From the NCBI RefSeq assembly GCF_009914755.1, contig NC_060930.1: DNA of 64,000 nucleotides, one strand, 5' to 3'. The position numbers and the translations under genes are program-made. Shown here in pieces: positions 29,234-42,188 of this stretch. How positions within the stretch are numbered: the stretch's first letter is position 1; every line of letters begins with the position of its first letter. Under the pieces are notes generated by a model. The model ran no database searches. It was not told the DNA's origin and was given only the letters and a program-made list of their open reading frames with translations. Source of the DNA: the human T2T-CHM13v2.0 reference genome, Homo sapiens.

Positions 29234-30215
29234 TATTTTCTTTAAACTTCTATTTTAAGTTGAGGGGTACATGTGCAGGTTTGTTATACAGGTTAAACAC
29301 GCGTCTGTTGTACAGATTATTTTATCACCTAGGTACTAAGCCTTTTACTCATTAGTTATTTTTCCTGATCCTCTGCTTCTTCCCACTCACTACCCTCCAA
29401 TAGGCCCCAGTGTGGTGTTACCGCCAATGTGTCCATGTATTCTCATCATGTAGCTCCCACTTAAAAATGAGAATGTATGGTATTTGGTTTTCTGCTCCTG
29501 TGTTAGTTTGTTAAGGATAATGGCCTCCAGCTCCATCCATAGTCCTACAAAAGACATGCTCTTGTTTTTGTTTTTTTTATGGCTGCATAGTATTCCATAG
29601 TGTATATGTACCACATTTTCTTTATCCGATATGTCATTGTAGGTTGATTCCATGTCTTTGCTATTGTGAATAGTGCTACAGTGAACATTCACATGCATGT
29701 GTTTTTGTGGTAGAATGATTTATATTTCTCTGGGTATATACCCAGTAATTACATTGCTGGGTCAAATGGTAGTTTTGCTTTTAGCTCTCTGAGGAGTTGC
29801 CACACTGCTTTCCATAATGGTTGAACTAATTTACACTCCCACCAATAGCATGTAAGTGTTCCCTTTTCTCCACAGTCTTGCCAGCATCTGTTATTTTTTG
29901 ACATTCTGATAATAGCCATTCTGACTGGCATGAGGTAGTATCTCATTGAGGTTTTGATTTTCATTTCTCTAACAATCAGTGACACTGAGCTTTTTTTCAT
30001 ATGCTTGTTAGCCGCGTGTATGTCTTCTTTTGAAGTGTCTGTTCATGTCCTTTGCCCACTTTTTAATAGGGCTGTTTGTTTTTTCTCTTGTAAATTTGTT
30101 TATGTTCCTTATAGATGCTGGATATTAGACCTTTGTCAGATGTATGGTTTGCAAACATTTTCTGCCATTCTGTACATTGTCTGTTTACTCTGTTGAGAGT
30201 TTCTTTTGCTGTTTT
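29234..30215 (-). mobile_element. Older L1PA (L1PA13-16-like) 3' ~1 kb
   Basis: L1 3'UTR and ORF2 C-terminal remnants (ORFs 29390-29698 and 29749-30000). Confidence 0.88.
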
Positions 30216-33200
30216 GTTCTGTCATATAGTCCCATTTTGTTACCACTAGTAGTCTTTAGGTTTATCTTATTTTGTTCATTTACAATTGGAGAAATAACTT
30301 AAGAACACATTTTGAAGAGTGAGTAGAAATAAAATCTATATTTCTATCGCCATAATGCATTTAAAATTTTGCTTATCTTCTTCAGACTTAACCTTTGCAT
30401 CTTTTACTTAATTGTAATCTCAAACCTATTTTGTATTCTTATTTTTTGATGTTCTTTCATGAGTTTTTTAACCATTTTAAGTGTGGCATTAGTGTTCTAT
30501 TGAAGGATATAACGTACTTTACCTATTTCTTAATTATTGTATTTAAGAATTTTCTAGTTTTTAGGAAATATGCATAATACATTAATGCTCTCGCTGGTCT
30601 TTTAAATTTTTTAAATTTGAAATTAGTATATTTTGAAAAGTTTCTGAAAGTGGGGTCACACTATCATTAACATTTCAGAGGTGTAATTTAATTATATGTT
30701 TACCAGCATTACATATTATTAAAGTATAAGATTATTATTTGTTAATATCATTTTGTAGAGCATTTTTTTCTGTGGCAGGTATATTACATTTTATTTATCA
30801 TCACTGACTTTTTATATATGAAAATTATGTCCACATAACTAAAAATTTTGAAAACAAATTACAAATTAGGAAACAAAATTATCTAAGTTTTACCTTTAGA
30901 GAGACCTACTTTTGAATAGAACTGTTGTATAGAATTGCTATAAAACTAGAAACCTTCTCAAATATAGTGAGTTACAGTGAAATAAAGAAATGAATTATAT
31001 TTTATACAAAGAGAAAACAGTTCTGAAGTCCAAAAAGAATAGATGTTTAAATTCAGTGACTTGGGAAACTATTTTTAGCAGGAAGTTTAGAATTGTATTG
31101 CACGATTGAGTAAAGAATGCTATTCCTTCACAAAATTTCTATGATGGGAGGATGTTAATAGAGTTGGAAGGAAGAACAACTGTAACTGCATTCTTTGCTT
31201 TTATCTTCTGCTAGCCTTTATCTGTGTCACCTTACAGTACAGGAAGAATGTGTCAATTCTGTTGACCAGGCGATTAAAATAAAAAACTTCCATGAGGTGG
31301 GGATCATTGGGTGAGCAAGCTGCTTATTGTACATCTGAGTTAAAGGACTTTTATTGTACTTACCCATGTTTGAAAGTGCTCATAGCATAGGCATTTAAGA
31401 AGATATTAATAGATAAAGAGAGAAATTACTACCATCATAACATGCTGGTTTCCATCAATATAAGCCTGTAGGAATGGGGCATTTAGTTTAGTAATCAGAA
31501 CAAGGCAGTGTGGTGAGAACACATGGTAAGCAATTTTTTGACCTCTGGGCCTTTTATTATCATCTGTCCCACTCTCTCCTGAAATCACCTAGTTGTGATT
31601 AATATTATTTGTGTGATGGTGCATGGAAAGAAAATAACAACATCGAAACCAGAAATAAAGCCTGCCATCCTCTGAGTCCAGATCCTCTGGCTTTGGTGGC
31701 TGTAACCTCTGCACTTCTCCCATCTTGGAGCAAAAATCTGTGCACAAACCTGTCTAATTTCTTCACAATGGAAGCGGAGAGAGAACAGATTTGAAAACAT
31801 GTATGTCTTGAATAAAAAGTTTTAGCCAAAATCTTTTTCACAAGATATGAAACTATCTTAGCATGAAGTGAAGTTTAAATTTTGTATCTAGATGATGTAT
31901 ATTTATGAGTGACCAGTATAGAATCAGGATCTTTTTGTCTCTTTTTAGGATCTTGAAACATTTTACCTTACAGTTAAAAATTCCCTTTCTCTTTTAACAA
32001 ATAGTTATAGTTAATCATCTACCTTAGAGTTTTCATGCAATGCCATTTTTATTACTGCTATTTGTTTATGTCATTTATGTTAGCTGTAGATAGTTTCATA
32101 TCTTGTGAATATATCTGTTTGAATGTTTCTGTTTTTCTTTTAGGCTAATTTGTTGGCAGAAAGTTTCTTTTAGATTAGTTAACCAGAACATAGGATGTTC
32201 TCTTAACATTTGCAGTAAAAAAAGAGTAGTAGACTTCAGGCTTCAGAAAGCCTAGCTTCAAATCCTAGACCCACCATATCATTATTTATTTGGTTCAGCA
32301 AGTACTTACTGAGTGCCTACTGTGTGCTTGGTGTACTGTTCCTTGCACAGTACTATGCAAGTGCTGGGAATGCAGCAGTATATAAAATCGTCCCAGATCC
32401 CTGTCCTCACTGAGCTTATGTTCTGGTTCTTAGGGAGAGAATTCTGGTTTGAGTCCAGAACTTCTCCAGCTTCCTGGAGAATCTAGTGAGATGGGTCCCT
32501 AGACCACAGTGAGATCAATTAGTTGGGAATTTCTCTTTAAGGCTCAGATGGAAATGCCCTTGGTGTCTGCTGGTTGTGAGTTGTGTTAGGGAGAGATGAG
32601 TGAAACAATATTTATTTGCTGAGTTCTTCTTCCTAAGGTAGTGTTATTTATCAGTTATTACAGTATCCATTATTAACAGGAACAACATTTATTAGGAAGT
32701 TAGGCTCTCACTCTATTACTAGAAAGTGTGTTTATGAAATTGTGTGCTTTGTGTAGTTTTTCTGTTTTATTAACAAGGACCACATTTGAAGTTGGTCTTG
32801 GTGTTAATTCATTGGACTGATCATTGTAACTAATTATAGCTCTAGAAATTCTAAATAAACTGCAAATTAATAGACACGTTGTAAAATGTTAAGACATGCA
32901 ATTCACAACGGAATATACAATTTGATATTGAAAATTTGTAAATGACAAGGCTTCCTCATGTGCCAGCTGTGAGCCCTGCAGGCAGGTGAACATTTTCTTT
33001 GGAGAGCTGAACAGAAATGTGGTTTAACACAGGTGTCCACTTATCTCAGGGACTATTAGCAGGTTGATTTGCAGTGGTTAAACATCTTTTCAGGCAGGCT
33101 GCTCTAATCTCGAAAAGTGAAACAGGATTGACTTTTGACTATTTCAAATGCGAGCACTTTAATTTTGAAAATTATGTGTACAGTTAAAGCTGCATTTGAA

Positions 33201-33618
33201 CGGCTAAATTTGAGAATATTTCTATCGTACACCATGTTGCAAAAGGTAAACAAATTCACAAAGTGGAGCAGTGTCACAGTAACAGTGGGATCAGTATTGA
33301 GGGCAAGGCTTGAGGAACGCTCTCCTTCTCCTGTTTGCCCCTACTTCGAACATTTCTTCTTGCCATGTTCTATTTTTTTTTAACTTCCGTTGTCTAAAAG
33401 GTAGTATTGTGAGAGAATGACATGTAAATTTAAACACCCATTTATGTTTTTCCCTTCCTTGACCTGTTGGTTTCACTTTTTTTGGCATCTTCTAATCTCA
33501 CCTGTATTCATATATGTTTCACCTATTGAATGATTAAAATGTAGTATATCATAGTGATTAAGAGTATGGATTCAGGAACTAGATTGCGTGGGTTCAAATT
33601 GCTGATCTCAAATTCTCG

Positions 33619-33767
33619 GCTAATACTAACAATAGCTGATGAGCTAAAAAAAAATCGCCAAAAAAAATCTAATAATGTTTTAAGAAAGTTTATTAGTTTG
33701 CGTTGGGCCACATTCAAAGCTGTCCTGGGCCACGTGGGGCCCAGAGGCCATGGGTTGGACAAGTCTG
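33619..33767. mobile_element. MER30 (hAT-Charlie) partial
   Basis: atagctgatgagctaaaaa...gggccacattcaaagctgtcctgggccac...gggttggacaag. Confidence 0.88.
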
Positions 33768-34659
33768 ATGTGTAAAATTGTTTATTAATTGGTATTTTAC
33801 ATCTCTAATGTGTATTTGTTTTAGTTATAATATTACTCTGTGTTTAACTTTGGTATCACTTTTTAAATTATCTTTTAATTTGCAACATGTTCTGTTATTT
33901 AATAGGAGTATTCTGATGTCCCAAACAATGTTTCTGTGTGTGATTGAGCTTAGCCTGTTGAATTTTGTTTTTATTGCTGAAGGGGTTTTGTGCCTCCTTT
34001 ACCCCTCCCCGCTACAGAAAGTTTAATCGGTATTTTAGTTGCATTTAAGAGGAAGAGAGGTTCCTGGTACCAATCCTCATTTTACTGGCACCCTTCTAGC
34101 CTGGCTTCATCTTTCAGTTAGTTATTTTTATCTCTAACTCAGTATTAGTCACTCACTGGTACTACCATTCAGGTGAAATATGCCTTCAGTGTTATGAGGA
34201 ATGTACTGTCACGTAACTTCTGTTGAAAGGGCTATTTCTACCTTTGGGGAAGAATCTTTTTGAATGAAGAGATTAAAGATGAAAATATACTGGGAGATGA
34301 GTATTAAAGTTAAATCACACATAACATCAAATGCTGTTTTGTGTTACACAGCAAAGTTGCTCACGGGCTTGTGAGTTCAAGAAAAATCTTCTCATAGCGT
34401 TGAAACACATTAAGCTAGCTTAGTGACTGCTGTCAGCTTCCCCACATTTAAGGGATTTGGAAATTGAGCCCTCCTCCATTACTATGTAAGGTAGGGACTT
34501 GGCTTAATAGAGAAGTTAATATTGAACTTTGACTTGTCAGATGCTGATTATTCAATCAAACTTCGTTATGGTAAAGGGGAAACATCTGAACATATATTTG
34601 ATGGAAAAGACTTTATATGTATAGTTCTTAATGGAGATGGAAATAAGGGCATTTCTTTC

Positions 34660-36477
34660 CTTTTTTATTGTATATATTTAAGGTGTACAATGTTTTTATA
34701 TATACATAGTGAAATGATTACTAGAGTCAAGCAAAATAACTTATCCATCTCCTTCTGTAGTTACTTTTTATGTTTGTGTGTAGTAAGAGCACCTAATATC
34801 TACTCTTAGCAGATTTTCAGTATACAATATTAAATATAGCCCTGATGATGTAATTAGATCTCTAGACTTGTCCTACATAACTGCAACTTTGTACCCTTTG
34901 ATCTACTTCACATTTTTCTCCCCCTCCCCACCCCGGTAATCCCCAGGCTACTCCCTGTTTCTCTGTATTTGACTTGTTTTAAGTAAAGCTTTTACACACA
35001 ATTGAAATCATGCATTTTTTTTTCCCAGTGTCTGGCTTAGTTTACTTAGCATAATGTCCTCCAGGTTCATCAGTGTTGTCACAAATGACTGGATATCCTT
35101 TTAAAAATGTTGAATAATATTCCATTACTTAAATATACCACAATTATTTTATTCATTCATCCATCGATGGATACTTAGGTTGTTTTCACATCTTGGTTAT
35201 TGTGTATAATGCTGCATTGAACTTGAGAGCACAGATATCTCTACAGAGTGCTGATTTCATTTCCTTTGGATATATAAGGATTGCTGGATCATATGGTAGT
35301 TCTATTTTTAAGTCTTTGAGGAATCTTCATACTGTTTTCCATAACGGCTGTACCAGTTTACTTTCCTACCAACAGTGCATAACGGTTCTCTCTTCTCTAC
35401 TTCCTCGCTGACACTCGTTATTTATTGTCTCTTTGGCATGGCCATCCTCAGTGAGGTGATAGCTCATGGTGGTTTTGATTTGTCTTTCCCTAATCATTAT
35501 GATGTTGACCACATTTTTATATATGTTTTCATTGGCTATTTGTATGTTTCCTTTGGAAAAATGTCTATTCAGGTCCTTTGCCCATTTTTAAATAAGGTTA
35601 TTTAATTATTTTGCCATTAAGTTATATGAATTCCTTGTATATTTTGGACATGAACCCCTTATCAGGTATATGGTTTGCAAATATTTTCTCCCAATCCATA
35701 GGCTGCCTTTTCATTCAGTTGATTGCTTCCCTTGCTGTGCAGAATCATTTTAGCTTGATGTAGTCCCATTTGTTTATTTTTGCTTTTTGTTGCATGAGCT
35801 TTTGGTGTGATATCCAAAAAATCAGTGCCAAGGCCAATGTCAAAGATCTTTTTCCCTATGTTTAAGGAGAGAGAGTTTTCTCCCAGGAATTTCACAGTGT
35901 CAGGTCTTACATTTAGACCTATAATCTGGAGCTGATTTTTATGTATGGTGTAGTATACAGATTCAATGCAGTTTCTATCAAAATTCCAATGACATTGTTT
36001 GCAAATATAGAAAAACAGTTCTAAAATTTGTGTGAAACCACAGGAGACTCTGAATAGCCAAAACAGTCTTGAAAAGGAAAAAGTTGGAGACATAACACTT
36101 TGTGGTTTAAAATTACAGTCTAAAGCCATTGTGGCTAGCAGTGGTTTGTGCCTGTAATTGCCGCAACTCAAGAGGCTGAAGTGAGAGGATCTCTTGAGGC
36201 CGAGAATTTGAGATCAGCCTGGGCAACATACTGAAACCTTGTCTCTAAAATAATAATAATGATAATAATAACAATAACAAAAATTAGCCTGGCATGATGG
36301 CATACTCCTGTAGTTCCAGCTACTTGGGAGGCTGAGGCAGGAGGGTTGCTTGAGTCGAGGAGTTCCAGGCTGTGGCGAGTTCCAGGCTGTGGTGAGTTCC
36401 AGGCTGTGGCGAGTTGTTGTGATTGTGCCACTGCACTCCAGCTCCAGCTTGGGAAAGAGAGCAAGACTCTGTTTCTG

Positions 36478-36514
<37 letters not shown>

Positions 36515-36704
36515 TAGTAATCAAAACAGTATGGTACTGGCATAAAAATAGACACATAGACGAATGGGAACAGAATAGAGAGCCTAGAGATAAAGCCAAG
36601 CATACCAAGGATATGCACTCAACTGAAGTTTTTTCAACAAGCCCACCAAGAAGACACACTGGGGAAAGGATAGTCTCTTTATGGTGTTGGGAATGAAACT
36701 GGAC
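34660..36704 (-). mobile_element. L1MA-type element with inverted 5' segment (35954-36704 on +)
   Basis: Antisense 3'UTR/ORF2 to ~35953, then sense ORF2 sequence (KTVWYWHKNRHID) ending at atgaaactggac. Confidence 0.82.
36133..36510 (+). mobile_element. AluJ with internal 17-bp triplication, nested in L1
   Basis: TSD-like AAAGCCATTGT / AAAGCTATAGT; (TAA)n middle region; long A-tail. Confidence 0.9.
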
Positions 36705-36857
36705 CTGGCTATCACTTTTTCCTTTTACAGATCAGTGGAGTTTTCAGGTAGTTTTAAAGTTTTGGTTGTGGTATTTTTTAATTGGAATTAAAATGACATT
36801 GTCTTTTTATTTATTTATATACAATCAAAATTAAGACAGCTAATAAGAAAGTACTTT

Positions 36858-36926
36858 GCATGTATGTGTATATATATATGTATATGTATGTGTATATATA
36901 TGTATGTGTGTGTATATATATATATA
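36858..36926. repeat. (TA/TG)n microsatellite
   Basis: Alternating purine-pyrimidine tract. Confidence 0.9.
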
Positions 36927-37375
36927 AAATGTATTCACTTCTTTTACTCCTGAAAGGATTTGAGGTATCTTGGGATAAAATCAAGAGATAGTAAAACCCC
37001 AGCCAGATTCATGCAGTCTTAATAAGAGTCATACCAACTAATAGAGAAATATGGACAAAGAGCACTGTTTCACATTTTTAATATAATTAGCCTGAGCAAT
37101 GTTGTTAATATTATTCTATTAACCCTCCAGTGGCTTTCATTTGCAAATAGAATAAAATTTAAACCACATAGCATGAACTGCTGAACTGCAAGATCTCACA
37201 TACTCTTTCTCCCATCATTATGTGACCTCATCTCTTACCACTGTGTCCCTAATTGCTGTCCCTCTTTTGACCACACAACCCATTTATGTTATTTCAGCCT
37301 CTCAGTCCTTGTGCTTACTCTTCTGCCGGAGGTTCGCATTGATGCCTCTGTCAGTGGTTCAGGTCCCTGGACTGA

Positions 37376-37760
<385 letters not shown>

Positions 37761-37770
37761 CCCAGATTTT

Positions 37771-37920
37771 CTTTTTCTTTTCCTTTTTTGTTTTTTTTTA
37801 AATAAAGACGGGGTCTCGCCATGTTGTCCAGGGTGGTTTCAAACTCCTAGGCTCAAACAATCTTCCTGCCTCAGCCTCCCAGAGTGCTGTGATTATAGGC
37901 ATGAACCACCACACCTGGCC
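37771..37920 (-). mobile_element. FLAM / Alu left monomer
   Basis: Single left arm flanked by CCCAGATTTT. Confidence 0.85.
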
Positions 37921-38034
37921 CCAGATTTTAATTTCTTCATAGTGTCTGTCATTGTAGCAAATGAAAATTTTCCATTATTTGCAGTTTCTTTCCCCTAATT
38001 AGACTATAAGGTCCATGAAGCAGGGATGTTGTAT

Positions 38035-38250
38035 TTTTTGTTTGTTTGAGACAAGGTTTCGCCCTGTCACTCTGGCTAAGTGGAATGATGTGATCACGGC
38101 ACACTGCAGCCTCCCAAGTAGCTGGGACTGCAGGCACATGCCACCACACATGGCTAATTTTTTGTTTCTGTAAAGATGGTGTCTCTAGTTTTCCAGGCTG
38201 GTCTCAAACTCCTGGGCTCAAGTGATTCTCCCTCCTCACCCTCCCAAAGT
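38035..38250 (-). mobile_element. AluJ with deletions
   Basis: TSD-like AGGGATGTTGTATTTTT / AGGGACATTGTATTTTT. Confidence 0.8.
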
Positions 38251-38596
38251 AGGGACATTGTATTTTTCACTGTTATGTCCCCAGTTACTAGAACTTTGTA
38301 GTTCATAGTTAGTGTTTAACAAATATTTTTCAAATGAATGTATTTATGCCAATGGTGATTTGTGGGGGAGAGTTTGGAGAAAATAGTTGTCTGAGTCCCT
38401 TGAAAGTTCACGTTCAGTTGAAGGGCATTTTATGATCATTTAATAATAACCTCCATGTGCATAGGAGAAGGGAGATTCATCAAGTGGACCACCTATCTGC
38501 CATTCCTGGACAAGATGTACTAGGAATCATTGGCAAAAATCTATCTTGATATCCTTGTGCCTCAAATCTCTCAGCCTCAGAAATAACAGTACTATC

Positions 38597-38892
38597 AGCC
38601 AGGCGTGGTGACTCATGCCTGTAATCCCAGCACTTTGGGAGGCCGAGGCGGGCAGATCACTTGAGGTCAGGAGTTCGGGATCAGTCTGGCCAACATGGTG
38701 AAACCCTATCTCTGCTAAAAATACAAAAATTAGCCGGGTGTGGTGGCAGGCACCTGTAATCCCAGCTACTCAGGAGGCTGAGGCAGGAGAATCGCTTGAA
38801 CCCAGGAAGCGGAGGTTGCAGTGAGCCGAGATTACACCACTGCACTCCAGGCTGAGCAACAGAGTGAAAAAAAAAAAAAAAAAAAAAAAAAA
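38597..38892 (+). mobile_element. AluS inserted in a MIR
   Basis: TSD AGAAATAACAGTACT; MIR sequence on both sides. Confidence 0.93.
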
Positions 38893-39264
38893 GAAATAAC
38901 AGTACTGTCTCCTCCTGCCTAGTAGTGTTTGAGGATTAAGTGTGATAATGCACGTGAAGTGTCAGTGTAGAGCATGAAACAGAGTAATTGCTCAAGAAAT
39001 GTTAGCTGTCACTGTGTTATTCCTAGTCATTAACTTATCTAGCTGCTGGTTTTTCAGGAAAAATGATACTTCAAGTGCATACTAAAACAGAACCTTCGAC
39101 TGCAGAGTAGTGTCAGCTTGTTCTCCGACGGCTTCAAATGAGTGGACTTTTTTTTTTAAAGCCTAGTTGGCAAAATTGTGTTTGAGATGTATGTTCATTT
39201 CCTAAGGCTGCCATAACAAATTACTGTAAACTGAGTGGCTCCCTTAGCCATTCCCTAAAGCTGC

Positions 39265-39442
39265 ACTTTTCAGTGTGGCTGCAGTAGCCACATTTGACTA
39301 TTTAAATATGAATTAAGTTCCTCAGTAACAGTAGCCACATTTGAAGTCTGTAATAACCACATGTGGCTAGTGACTATCATAGTGGATGGCACAGCATATA
39401 AACATTTCCATCATTGCAGAAGGTCCTGCTGACAGCACTGCT
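39265..39442. mobile_element. MER3/MER33-like hAT element
   Basis: tagccacatttgaagt...ccacatgtggctagtg...aacatttccatcattgcagaaggtcctgctgacagcactg. Confidence 0.75.
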
Positions 39443-41239
39443 CTGAGTGATTAGGATACTTTAGAATAGCATTTTTATTTGCTTTGAGTGCCATTGTATA
39501 GGCTTGTTTCTTCAATACATGTCTAGTTATAAATTTGGAATAGTTGATAATAGCTGAATAAAATATTTTTGTGGATTTCTTTTTAAAGTTCTGCAGTAGA
39601 ATGACTCATTAATGTTATTTATGAATTGTTTATACACCAACTCCTTTCTTCATTGTTGAGAACATATGGAGTCAGTAATAAAACATACTGCATGTCTTTT
39701 TTTGTGTGTATTTATAACTAAGTGCCTCAAGGACACAAGATACTGTTTTATTTATTTTATTTGAATTACATGCTAGAGAATAAGCTCTTGTGTATTCAGA
39801 GCCTCAATTTATATATTAATTAAGAACAACTTTCCTTTTCTCCCAGAATGAGTTCAATATATTCTTCATTACTGTATGTGAATTTTGAGTTTGTTTTCTT
39901 GCTCTCGATTGTTTTTTCTTCTTTCTCTGCCTCCCACCCTTCATTTTTTTTTTCTTCTGATGTTTTCCTCTTCCGCGTAACTCCCCCTCCCCTGACTCTT
40001 CTCTCCCTTTCCTCTTGGTCTCCCCTTTTTTCCCTTTTCCCCATTGCTTCCTCCATTGTCTTCCGTACTGGAAACCAAAATGGACATAATATTATCTTTA
40101 AATCATTTAATAAACTTCTCTTCTGTTTGTAATCAAGTACTTACATTTTTTTTTTTTAATTTTACAGTTTTGGCAGATCTTTCTTTTTAAGGTCCTGGGG
40201 TTCCCACACACCATCCAGTGATTTAAATTATCATGTGTTGGCAATATTCCACTTCCTGCCATAAAAGCAAATGTAATCAAGTACTATTTTAAATTAGAGG
40301 ATATATTTTCAGCTATATACATTCAAGCAAATTCTGTGTGACCATCAGGGTCTCCATCTTCATCAGGCCATCTTTGTTTCTTCTATGTGCATGCACACAT
40401 GTACACACACACACAGACACAGACACACTCTTAGACTTTTCATTTTGACGTAGTATCACTCAGAAATGTTGCAAAAATAAAGAGTTCCTATATGCTCTTT
40501 ACCCAGATTCCCCAAATATTAACATTTTAACACATTTTCTCATTCTTTTTATGTGTACACATTTTCCCCCTGATCCCGATCCTTATGAAAGTGAGTTGCA
40601 ACCATGATGCCCTTTACTTCTAAATACCCATATATTTAAAAAGCTACGACACACTCTTAAATCACTATAGTACAATTATCAGTATTAATACAATATTATA
40701 AACTAGTGTATTAGCTTTATTCAGATATTGCCAATTGTTTCAATACTGTCCTTTATAGGAAATGAAAAGTCTCAGATTCATAGTAGCATTCAGGTCAGGT
40801 CTCTTCAGTCTCCTTTAATCTGGATCATTTCCTCAGTTTTTCGTTGACTTTCATGGCCTTGACATTGGAACCTTTGACCACTCCCAACGTTTTTTTTCTT
40901 TTTGGTAATAACAACTTTACTGAGATATAATTCACACACTATGCAATTCACCCATTTAAAGTGTACAATTCATTGCATTTTAGTTTATTCATAGAATTGT
41001 ATGACCATTACCACAATTAATTTTAGAACATTTTCATCATTTCAAAAAAAACGCAGGTACTTCTTAGCAACTGCCTTTCATTCTCCCTCTGCCCATCCAA
41101 AGACAATCACTAACTGATATTGTCTCTGTAGATTTTCTTATTTTGGACATTTCCTATTGTGACCTTTTTGTCTAGCTTCTTTCACTTTGCATTTATAGCA
41201 TGTAACCATACTTCATTCCCTTTTATGGATTAGTAATAT

Positions 41240-41558
41240 GATCAGGCACCACGTAACAACTTTAATCAATGATGTATATAAGTCAGTGGTCTCTTTAGAT
41301 TATAATACAGTATTTTTACTGTACCTTTTATATGTTTAGATTCTTACCATTGTGTATCAGCTGCCTGCAGTATTCAGTACAGTAGCAGGCTGTACAGGTT
41401 TGTAGCCTAGGAGCAGTAGGCTATACCATATAGCCTAGTTGAGTAGTAGGCTGTACCATCTGGGTTTGTGTAAGTACACTCTGAAGTTCACACAATGAAG
41501 CGATGACCTAATAACACGTTTCTCAGAACACATTCTGTCTTAGTGATGCGTTGCTGTA
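41240..41558. mobile_element. Tigger3a (TcMar-Tigger)
   Basis: gctgtacaggtttgtagcctaggagcagtaggctataccatatagcctag...tttgtgtaagtacactct. Confidence 0.85.
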
Positions 41559-41860
41559 TTTCATTGTATGCATATGCCACATGTTGTTAATCTGAATGGA
41601 TACTTCCATTCCCAGTTTTTGCCTATTATGAATAATGCTATTATGAACATTTGTGTACAAGTTTTTTTATGGACATGTTTTCATTTTTCTTGGAGTTATA
41701 ACTAGGATTGACATTACTAAATTATATGGTAACTGTTTATTTAATCATTTGAGGAACAGGCAGCTTATTTTCCAAAGTGCTGCATCATTTTACTGCATTC
41801 CCATCAGCAATGTATGAAGGTTCCAATTTCTCCACATTTTCACCAACACTCGTTATTATC

Positions 41861-41862
<2 letters not shown>

Positions 41863-41897
<35 letters not shown>

Positions 41898-42188
41898 TTT
41901 AAGAGACAGGGTCTCACTCTGTCACCTACGCTGGAGTCCAGTGGTGTGATCATAGGTCACTGTAATTTTGAACTCCTGGGCTCAAGCGGTCTTTCCCCCT
42001 TAGCCTCTCAAGTATTTAGGACTACAGGTGAGCACCACTGTGCCCAGCTAATTTTTAAAAATTTTTTGTAGAGACAGGATCTCGCTGTGTTGCCCAAGCT
42101 GGGCTCAAACTCCTGGCCTTAAAGTGATCTTCCCATATTGGCCTCCCAAAGTGCTGGGATTACAGGTGTGAGCAACTGCACCTGGCCT
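41863..42188 (-). mobile_element. AluJ adjoining a (TG)n tract
   Basis: (TG)n at 41865-41894 followed by a divergent Alu dimer. Confidence 0.88.

Noticed and set aside
35662-36696. ORFs of 116-169 aa
   Set aside because: Decayed L1 ORF2 and Alu read-through; no intact retrotransposon ORF.
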